From Cuniculiplasma divulgatum (GTDB taxonomy: Archaea > Thermoplasmatota > Thermoplasmata > Thermoplasmatales > Thermoplasmataceae), in assembly GCF_900083515.1 (NCBI RefSeq), contig NZ_LT671858.1, positions 1,200,001 through 1,232,000 of the forward strand: a stretch of 32,000 nt of DNA, read 5' to 3'. The notes beneath the pieces were generated by a model. That model did no database searches. It had not been told where the DNA came from and saw nothing but the letters and a program-made list of their open reading frames with translations. The translations under genes and the position numbers were made by a program. Of this stretch, positions 10,045-18,771 are shown piece by piece (the stretch's first letter is position 1; each line of letters opens with the position of its first letter).

Positions 10045-10778
10045 ATTTTGGAAAAGCATGGCTTGTCACAAAGAAGGATCTTCTAATAATGAGAAAAAGA
10101 AAGTCAATTCTTGCACTCATGTTTGTACTGCCCTTGTTGTTAAGCATAGGATTGCCATCACTGATAGATTACCTCATCATTAGAAAGTCTCCACCAGTAA
10201 GCGAAATAACAGAACTCCTCGGGTCATTTGCATACTTCTTCATTTTAATATCAGCGTTTATTCCATTGTATGTTTCCTCATACAGCATAGTTGGAGAAAA
10301 ATCTGAGAAAAGTATTGAGCCTTTGCTTGCAGCGCCAATCAGTGACGACGAAATACTTCTTGGAAAGTATATTGCAGTCCTTTTGCCAGCTCTTTCTGCA
10401 ATTTACGTCGCAGGGTTAATATTTATGACTCTCACAGACCTTCTAACTCATAACTTCATTCATTACTATTACTATCCAAACTGGACCTTTGGTGCAGTAA
10501 TGCTGGTAGATGTTCCACTTGGTTCATTATATGGAGTGGCACTGGGAATTCTGGTGTCTTCTAAAACAAACAATGTTCAGAGTTCCTACCAGATGGGTGG
10601 AATTACACTCATTCCCTTCATTATCCTCTATGTGATGAGTGAGGTAAACATAATAAGTCTTGATGATGTAAACAATATATTACTTATCTGCCTTGGAATA
10701 TTCATAGCCGTGATTATTGTTTACATATTTAACAGCAAAACGTTCAATCGTGAAAGAATCATCCTGAACTGGAAATAG
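10041..10778 (+). CDS. ABC-2 type transporter permease
   Basis: 245-aa polytopic ORF, translationally coupled (ATGA) to the ATPase. About 6 TM helices with a large first loop, as in ABC-2 permeases. Confidence 0.7.
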   Translation: MNFGKAWLVTKKDLLIMRKRKSILALMFVLPLLLSIGLPSLIDYLIIRKSPPVSEITELLGSFAYFFILISAFIPLYVSSYSIVGEKSEKSIEPLLAAPISDDEILLGKYIAVLLPALSAIYVAGLIFMTLTDLLTHNFIHYYYYPNWTFGAVMLVDVPLGSLYGVALGILVSSKTNNVQSSYQMGGITLIPFIILYVMSEVNIISLDDVNNILLICLGIFIAVIIVYIFNSKTFNRERIILNWK

Positions 10779-10832
10779 TGATAGGAATTCATTTTAATTT
10801 CATTCTATATTTTAAATTAATTCTATAGATTT

Positions 10833-11885
10833 TCAGAGCATCAATCTTATTATTATCCTTCTAGTAATTTCCGGGTCAAAAATAAAAAAAGGGGATAAAA
10901 GTGAGACTTTGAGGTAGGAAATATATGTTCTTCTTAGGAATACCTTATATTTTTTACCCTTTCTATATATAGAGGTTTTGTAAAATTCTTTTAAATCGTG
11001 AAGAAGTTTTCTCTTGCTTAGTGATAGTACATCTATCATGATTTCACGCATTTTAAATTCTAGTTCTATAAAATTTGCAAGTTGAATGTTAGTTTCATGA
11101 AAATACTTTATTAGAGAGATGTAATCGCCTAAAAGAAGTTGACTTCGTTCTATTTCATTCTCTAACGCGTTTGAGGATTGTGTGTTCATTAATCTCTCTT
11201 TTCTGGGCTTAAAATTGCGCATCATGAACTTGTTTTTTATTCCCGGTATAAAAGCTATATTGAGATTCATGCCAATCCAGATATTAGGCATCAATACATC
11301 TACCCCACGTTCGATCAAATTTAAAATGGGAATAAGAGATTGAGATACACTTTTTGTAAATGAAAACCTGCTATTGTTAAAATATAGATTAAGAGACTGA
11401 AATAAATCGGGGTTATAATTCCGGCTATCTATTTTTATTAAAGGCTGCTTAGATTGAAATTCCCTATTTTGTTTGTAAAAGTTTACATCTATTACCTTTC
11501 CTTCTGTATCTACAATATCATATCCATTCAAGAACACATCTATTTGCTTATCCGCCTCATAAACCTCTGCTATTGTTTTCAACTTTAACTCTGAAAAAGC
11601 ATCATCGTCTTCCAGCATACATATAATATCACCACTGCTATCTTGAAAGCCAAGTGAAAATTTCTTACCAATTGATTTTGATTCAGTGTATATTGATTTT
11701 ATCAGTTTTTCAGATAGAGTTCTGTCGATTACATCATCTTTAAATGACTTTACAACAATAATTTCAATCAATTCCTTTGGATAATTCTGGTTTAAAACCG
11801 AATTAACGGCTTTAATCAGAAATTCTTTTCTCTTGTATGCAATTATTACAACGGAAAATCTTGTTGTTACCAATAAAAGAGACAT
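10833..11885 (-). CDS. Family 2 glycosyltransferase
   Basis: 350-aa ORF. N-terminal GT-A pattern FSVVIIAYKRKEFLIKAVNSVLNQNYP...IEIIVV and acidic DxD-like motif MLEDDDAF. Confidence 0.75.
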   Translation of the reverse strand: MSLLLVTTRFSVVIIAYKRKEFLIKAVNSVLNQNYPKELIEIIVVKSFKDDVIDRTLSEKLIKSIYTESKSIGKKFSLGFQDSSGDIICMLEDDDAFSELKLKTIAEVYEADKQIDVFLNGYDIVDTEGKVIDVNFYKQNREFQSKQPLIKIDSRNYNPDLFQSLNLYFNNSRFSFTKSVSQSLIPILNLIERGVDVLMPNIWIGMNLNIAFIPGIKNKFMMRNFKPRKERLMNTQSSNALENEIERSQLLLGDYISLIKYFHETNIQLANFIELEFKMREIMIDVLSLSKRKLLHDLKEFYKTSIYRKGKKYKVFLRRTYISYLKVSLLSPFFIFDPEITRRIIIRLML

Positions 11886-12721
11886 TTAATTCTTTATTAT
11901 AAGTATGTTGAGGCGTTAGGTAGAGAGAGTATTATTACTATTTACCATTCGATATACTTTAAAATTAACAAAAATTCACAAACATTAGGAATGTCACTGG
12001 TATACAGCATTTTTATCTGAAATGTCAGTAAGTAGTATTTTCTAACTTTAGTATAATAAGGAATGCCAAAATAATTCTAATTATATTTTCCATGAAAATT
12101 CAGAATTAAAAATGTCGTTTTGGATATGACTCCATATATTTACAATGATATTAAATGAAAAAGAGAGAATGACAATTTCCACTTAAAGTCTATGAATATC
12201 AGAACTTAAATGCAAACTCTCTTTACGAAAAACGTGGGTTTCAGAATTATATAACCCGTAGTGCCGTAATAATTTAAACGCAGACTTTATCAAATGAACG
12301 AGACAGTAGCAAGAATTAATCGTAAAAGTGCCTTCTAAATTATTCCGGAACACTCTGAAAGTTTACGATTACCAATCATAGAAAATGTGTGAATATGGAA
12401 CGTTTTAACTTATATAAATAATGCAAGTTATGGAAAAGTTATCATATCATTCATACATATATCTGAATGCCTAATCTGATGATGAAGAATAGATAGGACC
12501 TCTAAGGGCTTTTAACCAGTATTCTTCAACTCATTCTTAAAGGGAAGGATTTAATTAAAAGAATGTGACGTAAAGTACAGTCAAAAATGTATTCTGTTGA
12601 TAAGTCGCCAGTTAAAATTGAAAGTCCCCCTATATTGAGCGAGCAGATGGTATAATCGAGCATAATAAGAGCACAGCCAAGGAGAATTATGAATTAAATG
12701 TATTGCGATTAAAAAATGTAC

Positions 12722-13510
12722 CTAAAAATCAGAGGTTTTCATCGATTGTCCTGCAATTTGCTTTGCCTTATCTTCTATTGTTGGAACTTTTATAATAAAT
12801 CGTGAATATACCTTTCCAATAACGAATAGGAATAAGGAATAAATAGTTTTTCTGAGTGAATCTACCCTGTTAAATTTTTTAAAAGCGGAATAATTTTGAC
12901 CTTTAACAAATATTATGTCTGCCGATTTCTCTATCCATCTTTTTAGATATTCATATCTTCCTTTTGAATACCGCCACTCACTTATGGTACCAGTCAGTTC
13001 GTCTATCCTAATGTTATCTGCGTAATCTACTGGAATATCTATCCTTTTGAAGATTTTTAGATTATTTGCCAGGTCCCATAAATAAATATCCTCATAACAG
13101 TTTATCGGAGGATATAGACCTAACTTAATGAAAATATCCTTGGGTGCTCCCGTTATGTTTACACCAACAATTCCTGAACGGAAATGAGTCAATATTTTAT
13201 TGTTTGTTGGGTCAAGACATAGTTCAACTACAGACTGTAACTGCTTATATTCGATATCTGCGTCTAGCATAATTATATAATCTCCTGTGGAATTTTTTAT
13301 GGCTATGTTTCTACCCTCTCCCCTGTTACACTTTTCCTGAATGAATTTAACATGCTCGTTTTTAAATCTTTCGAAATATTCCTTTGTCCCATCTTGAGAG
13401 TTGTTATCAACGATGACTATTTCATATTCTATTAGTAAGCCATTAAAAGAATTGAAAAACTTATCAAAAGTCTTTGATGTGTTGTAGGTTGTAACACAGA
13501 ATGATATCAT
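12722..13510 (-). CDS. Family 2 glycosyltransferase
   Basis: 262-aa ORF. ISFCVTTYNTSKTF...YEIVIVDNNSQDGTKEY...GEGRNIAIKNSTGDYIIMLDADIEY, i.e. the classic GT2 N-terminus and DxD (DAD) motif. Confidence 0.8.
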   Translation of the reverse strand: MISFCVTTYNTSKTFDKFFNSFNGLLIEYEIVIVDNNSQDGTKEYFERFKNEHVKFIQEKCNRGEGRNIAIKNSTGDYIIMLDADIEYKQLQSVVELCLDPTNNKILTHFRSGIVGVNITGAPKDIFIKLGLYPPINCYEDIYLWDLANNLKIFKRIDIPVDYADNIRIDELTGTISEWRYSKGRYEYLKRWIEKSADIIFVKGQNYSAFKKFNRVDSLRKTIYSLFLFVIGKVYSRFIIKVPTIEDKAKQIAGQSMKTSDF

Positions 13511-13844
13511 TTAATCTTAAATGTGTAATAGACATATTAATTTGACTAACTGTAAATGTTCTTCTGCTTACCATGACTTAAGAATTTGTATGAACGTGTA
13601 AATGATGATTTTCCTATTTCGATCTAATACGTTTAAAAATGCCCACATGAATCAGAGAAGAAATAAATGTAAGAATGAAATCTAAAAAGTTACTATATTA
13701 TTCACTATTGAACGGATGTCTTAATTAGGAGAATTTTGATGCTTTGCGATATTAATAAATTGCTTGGTGGATCGCACAACAAAAAGATAATTCATGATTT
13801 TTTGTGAATCCAGATAAGACAGAGAAATATTAGTTCTCACATAG

Positions 13845-14057
13845 CATGAATAAAAATGTTTTTATATTACTGATTCTTAGCTAATTTAGGTAAATTAAAA
13901 TGAAAGAGTTAAGGCCTAAAGAAGATAAGGCTGTATCACCTATCATTGCAACTATTTTATTGATAGCAATAACGGTGGTACTGGCTGCAACCCTCGTAAC
14001 AATATTGGGAGGGTTTACGCATGGTGTGAGCAATACTGTGGAAACGGCTGGTGTGAC
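13845..14057. repeat. Copy 1 of a 213-nt direct repeat (pilin promoter + 5-prime coding module)
   Basis: Aligns without gaps to 15147-15359 (offset 1302 nt). Only 4 mismatches, at 13848, 13862, 13884 and 13909. Confidence 0.9.
13859..13868 (+). promoter_or_regulatory. Putative TATA box of pilin gene 1
   Basis: tttttatatt preceded by an A-rich BRE-like aataaaaa, centred ~36 nt upstream of ATG 13900. Conserved in the paralog's upstream region. Confidence 0.4.
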
Positions 14058-14340
14058 TTCACATATAACTAGCAAATACATATTTATTAATGTGTCAAGT
14101 TCTTCAAGTGCAATCAGCGCATCATCTATAACAATAACAATAACAGGAGCAAGTTTCAAAGTGACTAGTGGTGATACTTTAGCTGAAGTAGCCGGTGTTA
14201 GTTCAACTTCATCTAATGCCACTTTCACTGGAGGTTCTGATTACACAGTTCCAATATCATTGTCTAGTAGCCAAACTGTAGCTGGTGTATCTTTCGAACT
14301 AATATACAAAGGAAATGTAATCTACAACTCTGCAGCATAA
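13900..14340 (+). CDS. Archaeal type IV pilin-like protein (class III signal peptide)
   Basis: 146 aa. MKELRPKEDKA|VSPIIATILLIAITVVLAATLV... is the charged leader plus hydrophobic N-terminal helix typical of archaeal pilin/flagellin-N-terminal-domain proteins. Ser-rich body with N-x-S/T sequons (NVS, NAT). Conserved C-terminus GVSFELIYKGNVIYNSAA shared with the paralog. Confidence 0.8.
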   Translation: MKELRPKEDKAVSPIIATILLIAITVVLAATLVTILGGFTHGVSNTVETAGVTSHITSKYIFINVSSSSSAISASSITITITGASFKVTSGDTLAEVAGVSSTSSNATFTGGSDYTVPISLSSSQTVAGVSFELIYKGNVIYNSAA

Positions 14341-14354
14341 ATATAAATTATCAA

Positions 14355-14367
14355 TTTTTTAATTTTT
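14355..14367 (+). terminator. Oligo-T tracts downstream of pilin gene 1 (putative archaeal terminator)
   Basis: T6 at 14355-14360 and T5 at 14363-14367, 15-27 nt after the stop. The motif ttttaatttttaatt recurs after the paralog. Confidence 0.35.
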
Positions 14368-15146
14368 AATTTCTTTAAAATTATCATAATTAGGTTTTTT
14401 ATGGGATTAGTATTAAGGTGAATTTACGTATTTTATTATTCTTAGAAAATCCTTACGATTTTATGTAAGCGTTGCAATTTGATTCTTAAATGAATGATAT
14501 TATACAGTAAATGAGCTATAACTGCGAAGAAAATGTTATCTAGGAATATAAACAAATAGAAAATTCAGATTAAATATAAACCTCTAAAACAAAATACGAA
14601 GAGTGAATGCCATATCGCTAAGGGTTTTATTTTGCTCTTAACTAACACAGAAATCATCAATTAATTATTCATAATTATTAGTGTTTAAATGACAAAATTA
14701 AATGATTCAAAAAACTTTGACTGACCTTAACAATGTCCTACCAATCACTGATACCTCATTAAGATTTATTACTTTTTTAATAGAGCGAAATATCCGTAAA
14801 GAAATGACGTGGAATTATACAACTTTTCCTACCTTAGACAAAGGCAACTTTTTATGTGCGAGACGTATGAGTTTGAAATATGGTTTTCTATAATTTGATT
14901 GAAGGAACGCAAAAGAAACTGCAATAATTGAAAATCCATCGATATCAGAATCTATCAGTTAAATGATCAAGATGTAGATGAATATGAGAATGGTAATGCT
15001 AAAAATGTTTAGAAATAATAGGGAAGCAATATTGAACTTTATTATACTGAATCCCCAAGTATTGTAAGATATACTAAGTTATGTCAACACCTAAAAGCTA
15101 AAGTGCTTCGGAGAATTTTATAATTAATAAGACCTCACTATCTTTT

Positions 15147-15359
15147 CATAAATAAAAATGTTTATATATTACTGATTCTTAGCTAGTTTAGGTAAATTAA
15201 AATGAAAGAGATAAGGCCTAAAGAAGATAAGGCTGTATCACCTATCATTGCAACTATTTTATTGATAGCAATAACGGTGGTACTGGCTGCAACCCTCGTA
15301 ACAATATTGGGAGGGTTTACGCATGGTGTGAGCAATACTGTGGAAACGGCTGGTGTGAC
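15147..15359. repeat. Copy 2 of the 213-nt direct repeat (pilin promoter + 5-prime coding module)
   Basis: See copy 1. 209/213 identical positions by direct comparison. Confidence 0.9.
15161..15170 (+). promoter_or_regulatory. Putative TATA box of pilin gene 2
   Basis: tttatatatt at the same position relative to ATG 15202 as in copy 1. Confidence 0.4.
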
Positions 15360-15684
15360 ATCTAGTGTTGTAAATGGCACGGGGCAATTTGGTACTGGTA
15401 CCCATGACAACATACATTACTGGAATGCTACTTTATACGCTAATGTGTCAAGCTCCTCAAGTTCAATTAGTTCTTCTTCTATCACAGTAAGTTTAACTGG
15501 AGCTTCGTTCGCTAACCCTAGTTCAACGAACACTTTAGCTAGTGTATTACCAAGTAACCCAGCAACCTTCACTGGAGGTTCTGATTATAAAATCCCAATA
15601 ACCTTGGCTAAAGGACAAACTGCAGCAGGAGTATCTTTCGAACTGATATATAAGGGAAACGTAATTTATAACTCTGCAGCTTAA
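15202..15684 (+). CDS. Archaeal type IV pilin-like protein (class III signal peptide), paralog 2
   Basis: 160 aa. The first 54 residues differ from paralog 1 at one position (L4I). A longer variable insert (SVVNGTGQFGTGTHDNIHYWNATLYA) replaces HITSKYIFI. Sequons NGT, NAT, NVS. Same C-terminal GVSFELIYKGNVIYNSAA. Confidence 0.8.
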   Translation: MKEIRPKEDKAVSPIIATILLIAITVVLAATLVTILGGFTHGVSNTVETAGVTSSVVNGTGQFGTGTHDNIHYWNATLYANVSSSSSSISSSSITVSLTGASFANPSSTNTLASVLPSNPATFTGGSDYKIPITLAKGQTAAGVSFELIYKGNVIYNSAA

Positions 15685-15699
15685 ATTTAAATAACCAAC

Positions 15700-15711
15700 T
15701 TTTTAATTTTT
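15700..15711 (+). terminator. Oligo-T tracts downstream of pilin gene 2
   Basis: T5 at 15700-15704 and T5 at 15707-15711. Only ~18 nt before the next ATG (15730), so termination may be leaky. Confidence 0.3.
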
Positions 15712-15729
15712 AATTGTATTATCATTTTT

Positions 15730-16362
15730 ATGGAAGAAAAAACAAGTGAGTTATACATGCTGATTTTTTCTATTAAAGAGTCTAAGCAGGAAATTATTAA
15801 AAAAAGTTTAGAGGAGAATAAAGAAAAGATAATTAGTAATTCTGGATTAAAACACCTAAATCTATATGAATCTCTGAGAGGAGATTGCGATATTATTGGG
15901 TGGGTTTCAGCAGATGATCCCTCTAATATTCTCTCATTTCTAAAAGTATTGAAAACTATAATTGACGGTAAAGGAGAGATAGTGCATTCTTTTCATTCGA
16001 TATACCAAAGATCACCATATTTGAAAAATTCACTGAAAATTGAGGAACAGATTCAGAACAGCAGGAAAAAATACATAATTGCATATCCAATGTCAAAATC
16101 AAATGACTGGTATATATTGCCTTATGAAGACAGAAAGAGAATAATGGATGAACATATAAGAACTGCAATGACAGATCCAAACAATAAAGATATTCTATCA
16201 TATACAACTTATTCATTCGGTATAGGAGATCAGGAATTCGTTGTTATTTACGAAACAGATAGTCTTTACTCATGGATGAAGGTAACAGAAAAGCTTAGAG
16301 AAGTGGAGGCAAGGAAGTGGATCATAAAGGAAACACCAATTTTGACTGGAATCAGGATCTAG
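15730..16362 (+). CDS. Chlorite dismutase family (Cld/HemQ-like) protein
   Basis: 210 aa. The C-terminal pattern YTTYSFGIGDQEFVVIYETDSLYSWMKVTEKLREVEARKWI resembles the conserved ferredoxin-like repeat of Cld-family proteins, which are known in Thermoplasma. Recognised by recall only. Confidence 0.65.
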   Translation: MEEKTSELYMLIFSIKESKQEIIKKSLEENKEKIISNSGLKHLNLYESLRGDCDIIGWVSADDPSNILSFLKVLKTIIDGKGEIVHSFHSIYQRSPYLKNSLKIEEQIQNSRKKYIIAYPMSKSNDWYILPYEDRKRIMDEHIRTAMTDPNNKDILSYTTYSFGIGDQEFVVIYETDSLYSWMKVTEKLREVEARKWIIKETPILTGIRI

Positions 16363-17813
16363 AGAAATTCAACATATATCTCCTGAGATATTCAGAGATA
16401 GGTTTGAAGGGAAAGAAGACAAGGAATCAGATGGAAATAAAGTTGATTAACAACCTTACAGTATCACTTAGAAATAAAGGTAAAAATGGAACTTTTATAA
16501 GAGAAAGAGGAAGGATATTTGTAATATCGAACGATGATATTTCTTCAGAAATCTCTAAAGTAATGGGAATAAAATCTTTCTCATCTGTAAGAGTTATTAG
16601 ATTCAAAGATAAGAAAATACTTGCAGAGAATGTAAAAGATCTTTTTGCGGAAAAGATTAGGAATAAGAAGTATGCGGTTTATACAAGAAGAACTGGTAGT
16701 CACGATTTCACATCAATGGAAATGGACAGGATGATAGGTGATCTACTATTTCCATATTCCAATGGAGTGGATCTGAAAAATCCTGATATTAGAATTGAAA
16801 TTGAAATTAGGAATAATCTGGCATATGTTATGCTGCACACATTTGAAGGACCGGGAGGATTGCCACTAGGTACCGAGGGTAAGATGGTTTCTCTGATATC
16901 AGGGGGAATAGATTCTCCAGTGTCCACATGGATGATGATGAGAAGAGGTTCTCCTGTAGATTTAATTTTCATGTCTCTGGCAAATCCCATAGACACAAAG
17001 CACTTTCTTAAGAAGGCGTTGATTCTCTATTCAAACTGGTACAGCGGCTATAATCCATATATATACATTGTAGATGCGTCAAGGCTTATTACAGACTACC
17101 TTTTCAAAGGAAAAATGAAATATGCAAATGTCAGTTACAAGAGAAAGATGTATGAGATTGCAGATAACATAGCACAAAAGATAGGTGCATATGGAATTAT
17201 AACCGGTGAATCCTCAGGTCAGGTTTCTTCCCAGACTCCAGAAAACTTATATGAGCTTAGTATGGGGCTTAAAACAGTTATTCACAGGCCATTGATTGGA
17301 ATGGACAAGGACTGGATAATAGATCAGGCAAGAAAGATTGGTACATTTCACAACGATTCCACAGAAGAATTCTGTGCTCTTTTTGGTGAAAGACCGATCA
17401 CCAAAGTAAAGCACGAAGAATTGATGGAAGATATTGAGAGAATATCATCCTATTTCCCCAATGAATCTGAAATAATAAGAATAAGAGGAAATGAGATAGA
17501 AGAGTATCTAAATAGAATAGGAAATCCAGAATATGAGATCAGGTCAATAGAGAAAATACCAGAACAATCCATTATTGTTGATGTAAGAGACCCTCTTTCA
17601 TTTAAGTCATGGCACCCTGATGGTGCTATTAACATCAACCCTGGTTCTCTTGATCATCTGGATGAAATCAATAGGGATAAAAAACCGGTTGTGTTTTACT
17701 GCAAACAGGGTTTGCAGAGTGCCTACATGGCAGGTCGTTTGAGAAAAAAAGGTTATGAAGCATACTTTGCCAGTGAAAAGATATTCAAGAATCAAATATT
17801 AGAGGGTCCTTAA
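16317..17813 (+). CDS. thiI: tRNA 4-thiouridine synthase / sulfurtransferase ThiI with C-terminal rhodanese domain
   Basis: 498 aa. N-terminal ferredoxin-like/THUMP region (YLLRYSEIGLKGKKTR...), PP-loop SGGIDSPV, and a C-terminal rhodanese module (IIVDVRDPLSFKSWHPDGAINI...VVFYCKQGLQSAYMAGRL) with the active-site Cys. GTG start at 16317 overlaps the upstream gene by 46 nt. Confidence 0.85.
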   Translation: MDHKGNTNFDWNQDLEKFNIYLLRYSEIGLKGKKTRNQMEIKLINNLTVSLRNKGKNGTFIRERGRIFVISNDDISSEISKVMGIKSFSSVRVIRFKDKKILAENVKDLFAEKIRNKKYAVYTRRTGSHDFTSMEMDRMIGDLLFPYSNGVDLKNPDIRIEIEIRNNLAYVMLHTFEGPGGLPLGTEGKMVSLISGGIDSPVSTWMMMRRGSPVDLIFMSLANPIDTKHFLKKALILYSNWYSGYNPYIYIVDASRLITDYLFKGKMKYANVSYKRKMYEIADNIAQKIGAYGIITGESSGQVSSQTPENLYELSMGLKTVIHRPLIGMDKDWIIDQARKIGTFHNDSTEEFCALFGERPITKVKHEELMEDIERISSYFPNESEIIRIRGNEIEEYLNRIGNPEYEIRSIEKIPEQSIIVDVRDPLSFKSWHPDGAININPGSLDHLDEINRDKKPVVFYCKQGLQSAYMAGRLRKKGYEAYFASEKIFKNQILEGP

Positions 17814-18306
17814 AGCCTCTTTCCCTTAAGTTTTTTGCAGACTCTATGGCGAGATCAACAGCCTCTTTTGCATTTTTAGCCTTGAAATATTTTCCTTCTC
17901 TCTTCCTGGTAGGAGTTAGCTCTAGGCTTTCTATTCCTATGACATCCTTACCTTCACTTATTGCGAATGATTCTTCGGATATGGTGCCATTCGATCCATC
18001 AATGGCAATGAGAGATTCAGCTGCCCTTACAATCAGAAAATTTCTTGCGTAACCTATTCCAGTAGTTATTGAATACGAAAGATACTGGTTTTCCTCTCCC
18101 CTCCCATATCCAGGTAGTATTCCTATGACAACACCACCATTGTCCTTCACGCCTTTAGAGACTTCTTTCATAACACCTGATAAGCCGCCGCATAGCACAG
18201 TAGCATTATTTTTTGCTAGTAGTTCTCCTACTTCATAGGCAATTTTGAGGAATTTCTCAGGAGGGTTTGCTCCTCCAAGTACTCCTATGTAATAGTTCTC
18301 TTTCAT
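17785..18306 (-). CDS. LOG / TIGR00725-family Rossmann-fold nucleotide-binding protein
   Basis: 173 aa. IGVLGGAN..., CGGLSGVMKEVSKGVKDNGGVVIGILPG and IDGSNGTISEE resemble the GGGxGxM and PGGxGTxxE motifs of the LOG/SLOG fold. Its 3-prime end overlaps thiI convergently by 29 nt. Confidence 0.7.
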   Translation of the reverse strand: MKENYYIGVLGGANPPEKFLKIAYEVGELLAKNNATVLCGGLSGVMKEVSKGVKDNGGVVIGILPGYGRGEENQYLSYSITTGIGYARNFLIVRAAESLIAIDGSNGTISEESFAISEGKDVIGIESLELTPTRKREGKYFKAKNAKEAVDLAIESAKNLRERGFKDPLIFDS

Positions 18307-18456
18307 ATTATGATATGCTAGTTTCCTATTACTTTTTTTTCATACACAAGGCATATTTTATGAATCAAACGTGCTCAAAGCTCATATTTAGAATCCTTTT
18401 TAATCGGATTATGAGTAAATAAAATTGGATTAGTTTTCGTCTGCATTATCAACAAA

Positions 18457-18464
18457 TTTTATAA
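18457..18464 (+). promoter_or_regulatory. Putative TATA box for tRNA-Asp
   Basis: ttttataa located 31-38 nt upstream of the first tRNA nucleotide. The background is AT-rich, so specificity is low. Confidence 0.3.
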
Positions 18465-18494
18465 TCTTTTAGTAATTACCTGACTACTCAGTTA

Positions 18495-18567
18495 GCCCCG
18501 GTAGTGTAGTGGCCTATCATACAGGCCTGTCGAGCCTGTGACTCGGGTTCAAATCCCGGCCGGGGCG
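18495..18567 (+). tRNA. tRNA-Asp: tRNA-Asp (anticodon GUC), no encoded CCA
   Basis: Folded by hand. Acceptor GCCCCGG/CCGGGGC. Anticodon stem CAGGC/GCCTG with loop CTGTCGA (U33, G34-U35-C36, G37). T arm TCGGG-TTCAAAT-CCCGG. D loop AGTGGCCTA. Discriminator G. 73 nt in total. Confidence 0.9.
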
Positions 18568-18771
18568 TCAATATGGAATTCCATGTCTCTTCCTTTAATT
18601 TACCAATTTTTCAACGTAAATTTGTATTTACAATCTGGTGGTTTTGAGATATATTATTTTCCGAATTTAAATAATAAGTGACTGTTGTTGATAAAATAAC
18701 AGGTCAGATCTATATTGTGAATCATTCTTTAGAACACTGTCCATGGAGAAATCTTACCAATGTTGCATTAT

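Noticed and set aside
13881-14228. 115-aa minus-strand ORF antisense to pilin gene 1, and its 76-aa twin at 15183..15413
   Set aside because: Their similarity is just the reverse complement of the 213-nt repeat. The plus-strand reading gives a textbook class III signal peptide; the antisense reading has no features.
14702-14893. 63-aa ORF in the spacer between the pilin genes
   Set aside because: It sits in ~25% GC non-coding-looking DNA, has no motif and no start context, and is barely above the length cut-off.
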